DNA of 64,000 bases from Candidatus Latescibacterota bacterium (GTDB lineage: Bacteria; Krumholzibacteriota; Krumholzibacteriia; WVZY01; JAKEHA01), in assembly GCA_963707635.1 (NCBI GenBank), contig OY970173.1, forward strand, positions 896,001 through 960,000, written 5' to 3'. Numbering within the stretch: the stretch's first letter is position 1; each line of letters starts with the position of its first letter. This document shows, one piece after another, positions 1 through 9,251 of this stretch. A program made the position numbers and the translations under genes. Below the pieces are notes generated by a model. That model had not been told where the DNA came from. It was given only the letters and a program-made list of their open reading frames with translations, and did no database searches.

Positions 1-1296
1 ATCGCCGGTGTCTCCGCCGGCGGATTCGGTCGGCTCCGCTTCGGGTTCCGCGTACTTGGCGAAGAGGGCCTCGAGCGACGGGTGCGCGCCCCGGTGGCGG
101 TCGATCATCGCGAGCACCGCGTGCGAGCTCTGCGAAGAAGTCGAACACAAGGCCCCGAGGATCTCCCCGGCGCGTTCAAACTGCTTCTGCTCGAGCGCGA
201 GCGACCCGTGGAACAGCATCACGTCGGTGGGGAGGAACCCGTCCTTCGCGCGCGTTTCCAGCCATTCGAACAACTCGAGCGTGTGGCCCCCGCGCTGGTG
301 GAGTGGCCGCAGGATGTCGAGGGCGACGTTGGACTGCTCGATCTTGAGCGCGGTTTCAATCGCGAGCCACGTGCACGGGTTGATGCCGCCGGCGGGGTCG
401 ATGTACGGGCGCATCAGCATGATGATCTCGCGCCCATTGTCCGGATTCGCCACCAGGTATTCACGGAGGACCGCCGCCGCGTCCTCGAGGTCGTTCTTGA
501 TCAGCAGGACTTCCGCCAGACCGCGCTCGACCTTGGCGGGTTGCTTGGCGTTCTCGCGCATCAGCTTCAATTGTTCGGCGCACACGGACGCGCACGCCGG
601 ATCGAGCCGCGCCGCCTCGATGAAGCGCGCGATCGCGTCGCCTTCCAGGGCGTTGGCCCGAAACGAACAGCCCCGCGCAAACCGCACCCGGCCGGACTTG
701 GGGTGGTTGATCTCCAGCGCCGCCAGGAACGGGTCGATCATCTTGTGCTCGACGGGTTTCTCCGTGAGTACCTGGACGAAAGTCGCCATCGCCTCCTTGA
801 ACTGCCCGAGCCGGGCGGCCAGGAGCGCGCTCGTCAGCTCGTTGGTCAGCTGCTCGCCGCGGAGCGTGTAGCCGCCGTGGCTCGCGGCCTTGAGCGACTG
901 TTTCTTCGTCTGCGAGCGGTTCAGGAGCTCGCGCACGACGTGGTCGGGGACGTCGGCGAGGAGGCCGAAGGCGGCCTCGAGGTCGCGGCGCTTGACCGCG
1001 TGTTCGACGACGCAGCGCGCCAGCGAGGGGTCGTGCACGGTCTGGAGTTTCTCGCGCACGAACACGGTGATGCGGTCGCGTTCCTTGGTGAACTTCTCCT
1101 GCGCGGTCTTGAGGAGATTCGTCGCCTGCAGGAGCTCGCCGCCGTCGATGCAGACGTCGACCGCCTCGACGTAGAGGTCGAGCTCGTCGGGAAACATCTC
1201 GACGGCCTGTTCGAGGCGTTTGATCGCCTTGGGGAACTGGCCGCGCTTGCGCTCTTGCTGCGCTTTCTGGAGTGCGGATGCCGCTTTTTCGTTCAT
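1..1296 (-). CDS. Tetratricopeptide-repeat-like helical protein (3' end runs off window)
   Basis: Read manually from ATG at 1296: MNEKAASALQKAQQERKRGQFPKAIKRLEQAVEMFPDELDLY..., open to position 1; TPR-like helical patterns (AIARFIEAARLDP). Absent from ORF track because there is no stop in the window. Confidence 0.7.
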   Translation of the reverse strand, partial: MNEKAASALQKAQQERKRGQFPKAIKRLEQAVEMFPDELDLYVEAVDVCIDGGELLQATNLLKTAQEKFTKERDRITVFVREKLQTVHDPSLARCVVEHAVKRRDLEAAFGLLADVPDHVVRELLNRSQTKKQSLKAASHGGYTLRGEQLTNELTSALLAARLGQFKEAMATFVQVLTEKPVEHKMIDPFLAALEINHPKSGRVRFARGCSFRANALEGDAIARFIEAARLDPACASVCAEQLKLMRENAKQPAKVERGLAEVLLIKNDLEDAAAVLREYLVANPDNGREIIMLMRPYIDPAGGINPCTWLAIETALKIEQSNVALDILRPLHQRGGHTLELFEWLETRAKDGFLPTDVMLFHGSLALEQKQFERAGEILGALCSTSSQSSHAVLAMIDRHRGAHPSLEALFAKYAEPEAEPTESAGGDTGD

Positions 1297-1605
1297 GATG
1301 GTTGTGACGTGGGCGAACGCCCGGACGGAGGCTCCTAAGCGAATCGCATACCAGAGACGCGGACGCGAGGCGCATCGACCGAGGCGAGCGCGTAAACGCT
1401 TGTGGGGCAGTGGAATACTCTGTCGCGCGCGGCGGGTTTCGTCTTCGCTGCGCCTGGCGGCGTCTGCAAATTGCACGCGAGGGGAGCCGCAGGCGCTCGC
1501 TGCTCCGGCGTTGCGCCCGGCCCGTGCATTCAAGTATCATTCCTTTCAAACAGTTGCGGAATTCCCCGCCTTCAGGCCCCGGATCTCGAACTGTAGCTTC
1601 GAATC

Positions 1606-1986
1606 GTGAGCGGAACCTTCACCCTATCCACCGAATGCCGGCTGGCGGCGTCGCACGTCCTGGCGGACTGCCCGCCGTGCGACCGGATGCACGGGCACAC
1701 CTGGACCGTGCGTGCGTTCTGGGAATACACCTCGCTCGACGGAATGGGCATGGGGACGAACTTCCGCGATCTCAAGGGCGCGCTTCGGCGCGAGATCCAC
1801 GACCGGTACGACCACCGCCACCTGAACGACGTCGCACCCTTCGATCGCGTGCCACCGACCGCCGAGAACCTGGCGCGGGAAGTCTTTCTGATCCTGCGCG
1901 AGCGATTTCGCCCCGGGGAACGCGGGAGGCTCGCCCGGGTCGAAGTGTGGGAGGGACCCGAGGCGTGCGCGGCCTACGCGGAATGA
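1606..1986 (+). CDS. queD: 6-carboxy-5,6,7,8-tetrahydropterin synthase QueD
   Basis: AASH...CDRMHGH, DHRHLND and PTAENLA motifs; first gene of que cluster. Confidence 0.9.
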   Translation: MSGTFTLSTECRLAASHVLADCPPCDRMHGHTWTVRAFWEYTSLDGMGMGTNFRDLKGALRREIHDRYDHRHLNDVAPFDRVPPTAENLAREVFLILRERFRPGERGRLARVEVWEGPEACAAYAE

Positions 1987-1989
1987 GCC

Positions 1990-2670
1990 ATGAGCGCTGA
2001 CTCGGGAGCCGCGAAACCCATGCGATCCATCGTGCTGGCGAGCGGAGGACTGGACTCGCTGGTGTCGCTCGCCCGGGCGGTGCGCGAGCGCGACGTGCGG
2101 CTGGTGATGTTTTTCGACTATGGCCAGCGCGCCCGCCAGAGCGAACGGGTCTCGTCGATGAGCGCGGCGAACTACTACGGCCTGCCCTTCGCCGACGTGG
2201 ACATTCGCTGGCTGGAGGCTCTGGCGCCCCGCGGGATGCGCTCGGATGCCCGCGGGGAGGAGGGCCTCTCGGCGCTCGAGCAGGTGTGGATTCCGAATCG
2301 CAACGGCGTGTTCATTAATGTTGCCGCCGCCTACGCGGAAAGCTACGGCTGCGACACCGTTGTCACCGGCTTCAACCGCGAAGAGGCGGAGGAATTCCCG
2401 GACAACAGCCGCGACTACGTCGACCGGGCGAACCTGGCGCTCGCGCTCTCGACGCGAAACCGCGTGCGCGTCGAGAGCTTCACCCTCGACCTGGACAAGC
2501 GTGCCATCATCCGGTTGGGGCTCGAGCTCAAGGCGCCGCTTTCCATCGTGTGGAGCTGCTACCGCAGCGGCGAGCGCATGTGCGGGCGCTGCGCCTCGTG
2601 CGCGCGTCTGCGGGTGGCGATCGATTCGCTCCCGCCGCCGGACCGGCCCGTGATCGAGTTCGACGCGTGA
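1990..2670 (+). CDS. queC: 7-cyano-7-deazaguanine synthase QueC
   Basis: SGGLDS PP-loop, FDYGQR, PNRN, FPD, WSCY...CGRCASC Zn site. Confidence 0.95.
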   Translation: MSADSGAAKPMRSIVLASGGLDSLVSLARAVRERDVRLVMFFDYGQRARQSERVSSMSAANYYGLPFADVDIRWLEALAPRGMRSDARGEEGLSALEQVWIPNRNGVFINVAAAYAESYGCDTVVTGFNREEAEEFPDNSRDYVDRANLALALSTRNRVRVESFTLDLDKRAIIRLGLELKAPLSIVWSCYRSGERMCGRCASCARLRVAIDSLPPPDRPVIEFDA

Positions 2671-3221
2671 AGTTCTCGTACCGCATTCTGGACGGCGAGC
2701 TCGCGTACACCGGCGCGGAGCTGCGCAGCGGGTTCGTGAGCGCGCGCGGGGGAGCCGAGGGCGACGCGGCGATCGGGTTCGTAGGGCGGTGCCACGTGCC
2801 GAACGAGAACCTGGTCGACCTCGACGACGCGCGCGCGGGCGAGTTCATTCGCGCCGCCGCGATGGCCCACGTCATCGCCGAGCACGTCTGCACGCTGGAG
2901 GTCGCTGTGCTGCGCCAGCGGCTGCTGGTCGCGCTGCTGAGCGAAACGCTGGCGGAGAGAGGGAAGCTGGCGCGCCGAGACGGCGATGATCTATATTATG
3001 ACGGTCGCAAGCTCACCGTTTCGATCGCGGCGCCGTCGCGGTCGTCGTGCGTGATCCATCTCGGTATCAATATCGACCCGGCCGGAGCCCCCGTGCCGGC
3101 GGTGGGGTTGGCGGAGCTGGGGCTGGAGCCGCGCGCGTTGCTCGGGGAGTTGCTCGCGCGTTACCGGCGCGAGCTCGAGACGGCCGCGCACGCGCAAACC
3201 AAGGTAAGAACCGTTTCATGA
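2667..3221 (+). CDS. DUF366 family protein
   Basis: GTG overlapping queC stop; YTGAEL, LVDLDD, RQRLL, RDGDDLY, KLTVSIA, IHLGINI motifs. Confidence 0.8.
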   Translation: MKFSYRILDGELAYTGAELRSGFVSARGGAEGDAAIGFVGRCHVPNENLVDLDDARAGEFIRAAAMAHVIAEHVCTLEVAVLRQRLLVALLSETLAERGKLARRDGDDLYYDGRKLTVSIAAPSRSSCVIHLGINIDPAGAPVPAVGLAELGLEPRALLGELLARYRRELETAAHAQTKVRTVS

Positions 3222-4075
3222 CGAAACCGATTCCGCACGACGCGCCGGGGTACACCCCTTCGACCGCGCACGCCGGCTATCTCTCGGAGATGTTCTGCTC
3301 CGTGCAGGGCGAGGGACTGTTCCTCGGGGAGCGTCAGATTTTTCTGCGCACGGCCGGGTGCAGCGCGACTTGTTCGTGGTGCGACACCGTGTACAGCAAG
3401 TCGCAGACGCCGCGTTTCGTCATCCACGATGCGGGGTACGCCGAGGGAAACGGCGAGCCCACGCGCTGGCGGCCCAATCCGGTGGCGCTGGACGACGTCG
3501 TCGCCGACGTCGTCTCGATCGCACGGACTCACACGCCCGTCACCGCGGTCAGCCTGACCGGCGGCGAGCCGCTCGAGCAGCCCGAGTTCACCGCCGCGCT
3601 CGCGCGCGAGCTGCGCGCGAAGGGCTTCCGCATCCACCTCGAGACGGCGGGCCTGCACGCGGATGCGCTGCGCCGCATGATCGACGACGTGGACGTGATC
3701 GCGATGGACGTGAAGCTCCCGTCGGCGACGGGCGTCGACGCGTGGGACCGGCACCGGGACTTCCTCGGCGTCCTGCGCGGGACCGCGTTCGACCCCGCGC
3801 GCAACCCGGCGCGGACGATCTTCGTCAAAGTGGTGGTGGACCCCAACGGCACGACCGCGGAGATCGATCGCGCGGCGGACCTGGTGGCGGCGTGCAGCCG
3901 GAGCATTCCCTTCATCCTCCAGCCCGAGAGCGGGGCCCTGTTCGCGCGCGGGTCCACACTCGCCGACCGGCGCGCGTTGCTCGCCCTGATCGACAGCGGC
4001 GCGCGCGCGGCGATGCGTCGCCTCGACACGGTGCGCGTCATTCCCCAGACCCACAAAGTGCTCCACGTCCGATGA
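3218..4075 (+). CDS. queE: 7-carboxy-7-deazaguanine synthase QueE (radical SAM)
   Basis: SVQGEG, CSATCSWCDT (CxxxCxxC), TGGEP, HLET, PQTHK. Confidence 0.93.
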   Translation: MTKPIPHDAPGYTPSTAHAGYLSEMFCSVQGEGLFLGERQIFLRTAGCSATCSWCDTVYSKSQTPRFVIHDAGYAEGNGEPTRWRPNPVALDDVVADVVSIARTHTPVTAVSLTGGEPLEQPEFTAALARELRAKGFRIHLETAGLHADALRRMIDDVDVIAMDVKLPSATGVDAWDRHRDFLGVLRGTAFDPARNPARTIFVKVVVDPNGTTAEIDRAADLVAACSRSIPFILQPESGALFARGSTLADRRALLALIDSGARAAMRRLDTVRVIPQTHKVLHVR

Positions 4076-4755
4076 CGCCCGAGTTTCTGACCGGGGCGGT
4101 CCAGCTGGTGGTGTTCGTGTTCGCGGTGATCGTGCACGAGAACGCCCACGGGCTCGCCGCGGAGCGTTTCGGCGACACCACCGCACGCGACCTCGGGCGC
4201 ATCACCATGAATCCGATCCCGCACCTCGATCCCATCGGGAGTGTCCTGCTGCCGATCGCGGCCTACCTCTCGGGCGTGCCGCTCCTCGGCTGGGCGAAAC
4301 CGGTGCCGGTGAACCCGGCGAATCTGCGCAACCCTGTCGTCCACAACGCCTACGTGGCCGCGGCCGGGCCCGCGTCGAACTTCCTGCTCGCGCTGGCGGC
4401 GGCAATCCTCTGGATCGTCGTCGGCGCCGTGTTCAAGCACGTGCCCGGCTTGATCGAAAGCGGCGAACGCACGCTCTTCTTCTTCAACACGCTCTGCAGC
4501 AGCATGATCACGCTCAACTGCGTGCTCGCGATCTTCAACCTGCTGCCGATCCCTCCGCTCGATGGCCACTGGATCCTGATGCGCTACCTGCCGCCCGGCC
4601 CGCGCGAGGCGGTCGCGTCGATCGGACGGTGGGGATTCTTCATCCTGATCGCGCTCATGTGGTCGGGGCTCTTGTGGCGGATCATCGGCCCGGTGCTCTC
4701 GCTCGTGGTGGGCGGCTACCACGTGCTGGTGACCAGCATCGTGCGCGTGATCTAG
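4072..4755 (+). CDS. Site-2 protease (M50) family membrane metalloprotease
   Basis: HENAH, GWAKPVPVNP, AGPASN, FNLLPIPPLDG. Confidence 0.92.
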   Translation: MTPEFLTGAVQLVVFVFAVIVHENAHGLAAERFGDTTARDLGRITMNPIPHLDPIGSVLLPIAAYLSGVPLLGWAKPVPVNPANLRNPVVHNAYVAAAGPASNFLLALAAAILWIVVGAVFKHVPGLIESGERTLFFFNTLCSSMITLNCVLAIFNLLPIPPLDGHWILMRYLPPGPREAVASIGRWGFFILIALMWSGLLWRIIGPVLSLVVGGYHVLVTSIVRVI

Positions 4756-4770
4756 GGACGCGCGCTAGGA

Positions 4771-4807
4771 AAGCAGAAAGCCCCCCGATTCCCATCGGAG
4801 GGCTTCC
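4771..4807 (-). terminator. Intrinsic terminator-like hairpin with U-tract on minus strand
   Basis: Minus strand reads GGAAGCCCTCCGAT-GGGA-ATCGGGGGGCTTTCTGCTTT. Confidence 0.55.
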
Positions 4808-4809
4808 CT

Positions 4810-5022
4810 GGCTGTGATTCCCGATCGGTTGTCGTGCGTGCGTGTGGCTGCGGAGCAGTTCGGAGTGTTCGTACAGCAGATGTCTGTGCGGCGACTGCCC
4901 CGCAGCACAGTCGGTTCGTTCAGCAACCGACGTGCCCGCTCGCGGTCGCCGCATGAGGACGCCACGTTCTGACGAGCCATCCGCGTGGCGCCGGCGTCCT
5001 CCGGCACGAACGTCCCGATCTT
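4810..5022 (-). ncRNA. Candidate structured non-coding RNA (unassigned)
   Basis: Nested inverted repeats followed by a minus-strand terminator; no credible CDS. Confidence 0.3.
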
Positions 5023-5103
5023 GCCCTATGGTGGCGTGTCGCGCCGCGCGCCGATCTCGAAATGAGAACCGGGCGTTGCAATCCGGTGTTTCCCAAAAAC
5101 CCC

Positions 5104-5132
5104 TTGACCTGTCACGAGTTATGGGGCAGAAT
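5104..5132 (+). promoter_or_regulatory. Putative sigma70 promoter of HU gene
   Basis: TTGACC-17 bp-CAGAAT. Confidence 0.5.
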
Positions 5133-5198
5133 GCCCCTCATATTCCTCGCTTGGCTTCGCCCACACACGGGGCGGTGACTATAGAAGGAGGCTCGCTC

Positions 5199-5477
5199 GT
5201 GACCAAAGCCGAAATCGTCGAGGACATCGCCAGCAAGACCGGTCTCACCAAGAAGGACGTGGCCACCGCGATGGACATGTTCCTCGAGTCCATCTCCAAG
5301 GCGTTGTCCGAAGGCAAACACTACGAGATCCGGGGATTCGGGACGTTCAAGGTGAAGAAGCGCAAGTCGCGCATGGCGCGCAATCCGCGCACCGGTGACG
5401 CGGTGCCCGTGCCCGATCGCAAAGTCCCGGTTTTCAAGGTGTCGAAGGAACTGAAGGACCTCGTCGCGAACGCGTAG
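5199..5477 (+). CDS. hup: HU/IHF family DNA-binding protein
   Basis: GTG after AAGGAGG; TKAEIV, IRGFGTF, ARNPRTG, PVFKVSKELKD. Confidence 0.92.
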   Translation: MTKAEIVEDIASKTGLTKKDVATAMDMFLESISKALSEGKHYEIRGFGTFKVKKRKSRMARNPRTGDAVPVPDRKVPVFKVSKELKDLVANA

Positions 5478-5497
5478 CCTCTGATTCCCAAATCCAG

Positions 5498-5599
5498 AGC
5501 GGGTGGCGTGCACGGGACGTCCTCTCCGCTCATGCACTTCGCGCGCGATCGTTGAAAGCGCGCCTCGTGAAATCGCGTCGAGGACATCCCGTGCGCGCC
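5498..5599. repeat. Intergenic hairpin starting with AGCGGGTGGCG
   Basis: 20-bp near-perfect inverted repeat GGCGTGCACGGGACGTCCTC / GAGGACATCCCGTGCGCGCC; shares its 5' motif with other intergenic elements. Confidence 0.55.
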
Positions 5600-5600
5600 C

Positions 5601-6644
5601 ATGAACGAACCGTCCCGATTCATCGACCTCCGCAGTGACACGGTCACGCGTCCGACCCCGGCCATGCGCCGGGCGATGGCGGAGGCGGAGGTCGGCGACG
5701 ACGTCTTCGGCGACGATCCTACGGTCATCGCGCTCGAGAGGCGCGTATCGGTTCTGCTGGGAAAAGAAGCGGCGCTCTTCGTGCCCTCGGGGACGATGGG
5801 GAATTTCCTCGGCCTCGCCTCCACCGCCGCCACCGGCGACGAAGTGATTCTCGACCGCCAGTGCCACGTCATGAACTACGAGGTCTCTTCGGCCGCGGCG
5901 CTCCACGGGCTGCAGTTGAACGCCCTCGACGGCGATCGCGGCGTCATCACCGCCGCGCAGATCGAGCCCCACATCAAGGTCGAGTCGATGCATACGCCGG
6001 GGACGCGGGTCATCGCGATCGAGAACACGCACAACCGCGCGGGCGGCCGCGTGTTTCCGTTCGACGAGATGCAGCGCGTGCGCGCGCTCGCGGACCAGCA
6101 TGGCTTGAGCGTGCACCTCGACGGCGCCCGTCTGTGCAACGCGCACGTGGAGACGCGCGTCGCGCTCAAGGATTACGCGGCGTGCGCGGACACGGTCAGC
6201 ATGTGCTTTTCGAAAGGACTCGGCGCGCCGGTGGGGTCGATTTTGGCCTCGCGCCGCGACGTGGTCGATCGGGCGCGCCGGCTTCGCAAGCGGCTGGGCG
6301 GCGGGATGCGCCAGGCGGGCGTGCTGGCCGCCGCGGCGCTCCACGCGCTCGACCACCACGTGGAACGGCTTCGCGACGACCACGCCCACGCCAAACGCCT
6401 GGGCTCGTTCGTCGAACAGGTTCCGGGCCTGTCGCTGATCTATCCGGTGGAGACGAACATCGTGGTGGCGCGCCTCGACGAGAAGGCGTTCACGGTGGAT
6501 GCCCTGCTCGCCCAGCTGCGCGAGCGCGGCGTGCTCGCGGTGGCCTTCGGCGCCGGGCGTGTGCGCATGGTGACGCACCTGGACGTGTCGGCCGACGACG
6601 TCGCGCGCGCGGGCGAGGCGCTGGCCTCGCTGCGGAGGGCGTGA
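5601..6644 (+). CDS. ltaE: Low-specificity L-threonine aldolase
   Basis: DLRSDTVT, VGDDV, PSGTMGN, HLDGAR, FSKGLGAPVGS, GGGMRQAG. Confidence 0.95.
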   Translation: MNEPSRFIDLRSDTVTRPTPAMRRAMAEAEVGDDVFGDDPTVIALERRVSVLLGKEAALFVPSGTMGNFLGLASTAATGDEVILDRQCHVMNYEVSSAAALHGLQLNALDGDRGVITAAQIEPHIKVESMHTPGTRVIAIENTHNRAGGRVFPFDEMQRVRALADQHGLSVHLDGARLCNAHVETRVALKDYAACADTVSMCFSKGLGAPVGSILASRRDVVDRARRLRKRLGGGMRQAGVLAAAALHALDHHVERLRDDHAHAKRLGSFVEQVPGLSLIYPVETNIVVARLDEKAFTVDALLAQLRERGVLAVAFGAGRVRMVTHLDVSADDVARAGEALASLRRA

Positions 6645-6821
6645 ACTGCCGGTGTCGGGCTGGTTGACCAGCCGATGCGCGTCGCGGCGGCCCAGCGCCC
6701 GCTTCGCTCGGCTTCCCGCCGGCGCGAGACTACCGATCTGCGGCGTGGCGGAGGCCCGGCGGGTGATCCTCGCTCGCTCCTGCGCAATGGGCCTCCTTGA
6801 CGCGCATCGACTGGTTACAAG

Positions 6822-7529
6822 ATGAATCAGAGAGCGGGCACGCTCACGCTCGTCGCCACGCCGATCGGCAACCTCGGCGACATCACCTACCGCGCGGTAG
6901 AGATTCTCAAGTCGGTCGACGTCGTTTTGGCCGAAGACACGCGCCACTCGCGCCGTCTCTTCAACCACTACGCCATCACGACGACGCTGCTCGCGTATCA
7001 CGAGCACAACGAGTCAAGAGTGACGCCGTCGATTATCGAACGGTTGCAGCGCGGAGACAATGTCGCGCTTATCACGGATGCGGGTACGCCGGGGATTTCC
7101 GACCCGGGCTTCTACCTGGTGCGGGCGGCGCTGGGGGCGGGTGTCGCGGTGACCATGGCGCCGGGCGCCAGTGCCGTGCTCCCGGCGCTGGTGCTTTCGG
7201 GGTTTCCGTGCGAGTCGTTCGTTTTCGGCGGTTTCACGCCGCGCAAGCCCGGCGAGCTCGCTCGCGCGATCTCTGCGCTCGAACACGAACCGCGCACTGC
7301 AGTGTTTCTGGTGTCACCGCACCAACTCCGCAAAGTGCTCGGCGCGCTGGCGGGGCAGTTCCCCGACCGCGCGGTCGCGGTCGCGCGCGAGTTGACCAAG
7401 CTGCACGAGGAAGTCGCGCGCGGGACGGCGGCCGAGGTGAGCGAGTACTTTGCGAAGGGCGAGGTGCGGGGCGAGCTCGTTTTGGTCGTGAAAGGCGTCG
7501 GAAAACGGCGACGCGAACACGATGAGTAG
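6822..7529 (+). CDS. rsmI: 16S rRNA (cytidine1402-2'-O)-methyltransferase
   Basis: VATPIGNLGDIT, AEDTR, DAGTPGISDPG, RELTKLHEE. Confidence 0.95.
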   Translation: MNQRAGTLTLVATPIGNLGDITYRAVEILKSVDVVLAEDTRHSRRLFNHYAITTTLLAYHEHNESRVTPSIIERLQRGDNVALITDAGTPGISDPGFYLVRAALGAGVAVTMAPGASAVLPALVLSGFPCESFVFGGFTPRKPGELARAISALEHEPRTAVFLVSPHQLRKVLGALAGQFPDRAVAVARELTKLHEEVARGTAAEVSEYFAKGEVRGELVLVVKGVGKRRREHDE

Positions 7530-7577
7530 TCCGGCGCGCTTGACGCGCTTCAAAGACCGGTGCTAGGTTCCGTCGCC

Positions 7578-8180
7578 ATGGACAAACGCTCCCTTCAGCA
7601 CAGCGGTCGCAAGCTCCTCGAGCCGGTGGTGAGCCTGCTCGCGTCGTTCGGGGTCTCGCCGCTCCTGGTGTCGTTGTTCGGTCTGGTGTTGAGCGGGTGG
7701 GGCGCGGTGGTGGTGGCGAAAGGGTCGCTCCTCGCCGGCGGCATCTTCCTGCTCCTCGCCGGGCTGTGCGACGTGCTCGACGGTGACCTCGCCCGTCGTC
7801 TCAACCGGGTCTCGCGGTTCGGCGCCTTCATCGACTCCACCCTCGACCGGGTGAGCGAGTTCGTGCTCTTCGGCGGCGTCCTTATGTACGTCGTGAGGCG
7901 ACCCAACGACTACCCGCTGTACGAGCCGGTCGTGGTCCTGCTCGCGCTGATGGGGTCGGTGCTCACCAGCTATGCCCGCGCGCGGGCCGAGGGCCTCGGA
8001 ATCGAGTGCAAGGTCGGTATTATGGAGCGGCCCGAGCGGCTGGGGCTCCTGGCACTCGGGTTGATCCTGGGTCACCGGTTTCTGATGGCGGTGATGCTGC
8101 TGCTGGCGGTGACGTCGCTGTTCACGGTGGTCCAGCGGATTCTTCACGTCCACCGCGCCTCCGCCCGGTCGCCGGGTTGA
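7578..8180 (+). CDS. CDP-alcohol phosphatidyltransferase (PIP synthase/PgsA-like)
   Basis: DVLDGDLAR...GAFIDSTLDR signature; SYARARAEGLG, ERPER. Confidence 0.9.
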   Translation: MDKRSLQHSGRKLLEPVVSLLASFGVSPLLVSLFGLVLSGWGAVVVAKGSLLAGGIFLLLAGLCDVLDGDLARRLNRVSRFGAFIDSTLDRVSEFVLFGGVLMYVVRRPNDYPLYEPVVVLLALMGSVLTSYARARAEGLGIECKVGIMERPERLGLLALGLILGHRFLMAVMLLLAVTSLFTVVQRILHVHRASARSPG

Positions 8181-8205
8181 CTTACGGTGCCCGATATGGT
8201 AGCGT
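8177..8205 (+). promoter_or_regulatory. Putative sigma70 promoter for paralog 1
   Basis: TTGACT-17-TAGCGT with TG extension; an equivalent promoter precedes paralog 3. Confidence 0.5.
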
Positions 8206-8330
8206 CGGGACGCCTCGAACGGGACGCCGATCCGTCCAAGCGTTGCGTCCACACACCGTTCCCGCCCGAAGCAGCGTAGTTCCATAGCATTTCACGTTTT
8301 GCAGGAGGTTGCTGCAAGGAGGCTTCTGCT

Positions 8331-9113
8331 ATGAAGCGAGTTTGTGCGCGCCTGTGGGCGCTGGGGCTGGTGCTGCTGATGCTGCCGATTGGCGCGGCGT
8401 ACGGGCAGGCCGGCCTTCCCAAGGAAAACCACTACAAGGTCTACCGGACCAACCCGATACCGTTCACCCGGCCGCTGATTCTGACCGATCAGTTCGGTGT
8501 CGTGAACGCCGGCTTTTTCCAGCTCGAGAAGTTCGCAAATCCGACCGAGAAGATTCACGACGGCCGCATTTACCCCATGGACGATCCGCTTGCGCATCAG
8601 ACGTGGTGGAGGCTCATGGATCCTGTGCCGCAGCCGACGCGGACCGTGATCGGGATCGACCAGTTCTCCTACGGTCCGGTGACGCTCGGCAGACCGGTGT
8701 ACCTCCTGAACCCGGCGTTGAAGAATGCGTATCCGCCGGCCGCCCCGCCGATTCGGAACCACTATCTGTGCTACGAGGTGCTCGGGAGCCAGCCGCTATA
8801 CAAGACGGTCATCCTGACCGATCAGTTCGGGACAAGCGACGTCGTGGTCATGAGGTCGAAGCTGTTCTGCAATCCGGTGGAGAAGCGCGAGGGCGCGGTC
8901 TTCTACCCGATTCTCGACTTTGCGGCTCACCTGCAGTGTTACGAGGTCCAGAACCCGCAGTTCGTTGTCCGCCAGGTTACGGCCCTCGATCAGTTCGGCT
9001 ACTGGCAGATTCAAACCTATGAGAACGACTGCCTGTGCGTGCCGGCGCTGAAGGAACACATCGTCAGCACGGAAAAGACGACGTGGGGTCAGATCAAGGC
9101 GTTGTACCACTAG
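8331..9113 (+). CDS. Secreted DQFG/HYxCY repeat protein, paralog 1 (DUF7450-like), C-terminal TWGQIKALYH
   Basis: AAGGAGG RBS, signal peptide ending AYG-Q, four DQF[GS] motifs, HYLCY, FCNPVEK. Confidence 0.85.
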   Translation: MKRVCARLWALGLVLLMLPIGAAYGQAGLPKENHYKVYRTNPIPFTRPLILTDQFGVVNAGFFQLEKFANPTEKIHDGRIYPMDDPLAHQTWWRLMDPVPQPTRTVIGIDQFSYGPVTLGRPVYLLNPALKNAYPPAAPPIRNHYLCYEVLGSQPLYKTVILTDQFGTSDVVVMRSKLFCNPVEKREGAVFYPILDFAAHLQCYEVQNPQFVVRQVTALDQFGYWQIQTYENDCLCVPALKEHIVSTEKTTWGQIKALYH

Positions 9114-9251
9114 AAGCGGTGGGTTAATCACGATGACGTTCTCGCCTCGCGGGGGCGGGCATGGGCCAGCTCCGCGGGGCGAGGACAGTCTTCGTAACCC
9201 CGCCAAAGCATTTCACGTTTTGCAGGAGGTTGCTGCAAGGAGGCTTCTGCT

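Noticed and set aside
82..1549. Long overlapping ORFs here, and antisense ORFs such as 5112-7007, 12074-14026, 28799-31234, 32292-34154 and 48150-49910
   Set aside because: Shadow ORFs typical of high-GC DNA, overlapping better-supported genes and lacking motifs
1300..1605. preQ1 riboswitch upstream of queD
   Set aside because: No preQ1-I-like short stem plus A-rich tail is recognisable
6645..6800. GC-rich intergenic hairpins after ltaE as ncRNA or MITE
   Set aside because: No second copy, terminal repeats or terminator in the window
8211..8330. c-di-GMP-I riboswitch (GGGACGC match)
   Set aside because: Lacks the GCAAA/GNRA P2 context and the GCAAAG-P3 elements
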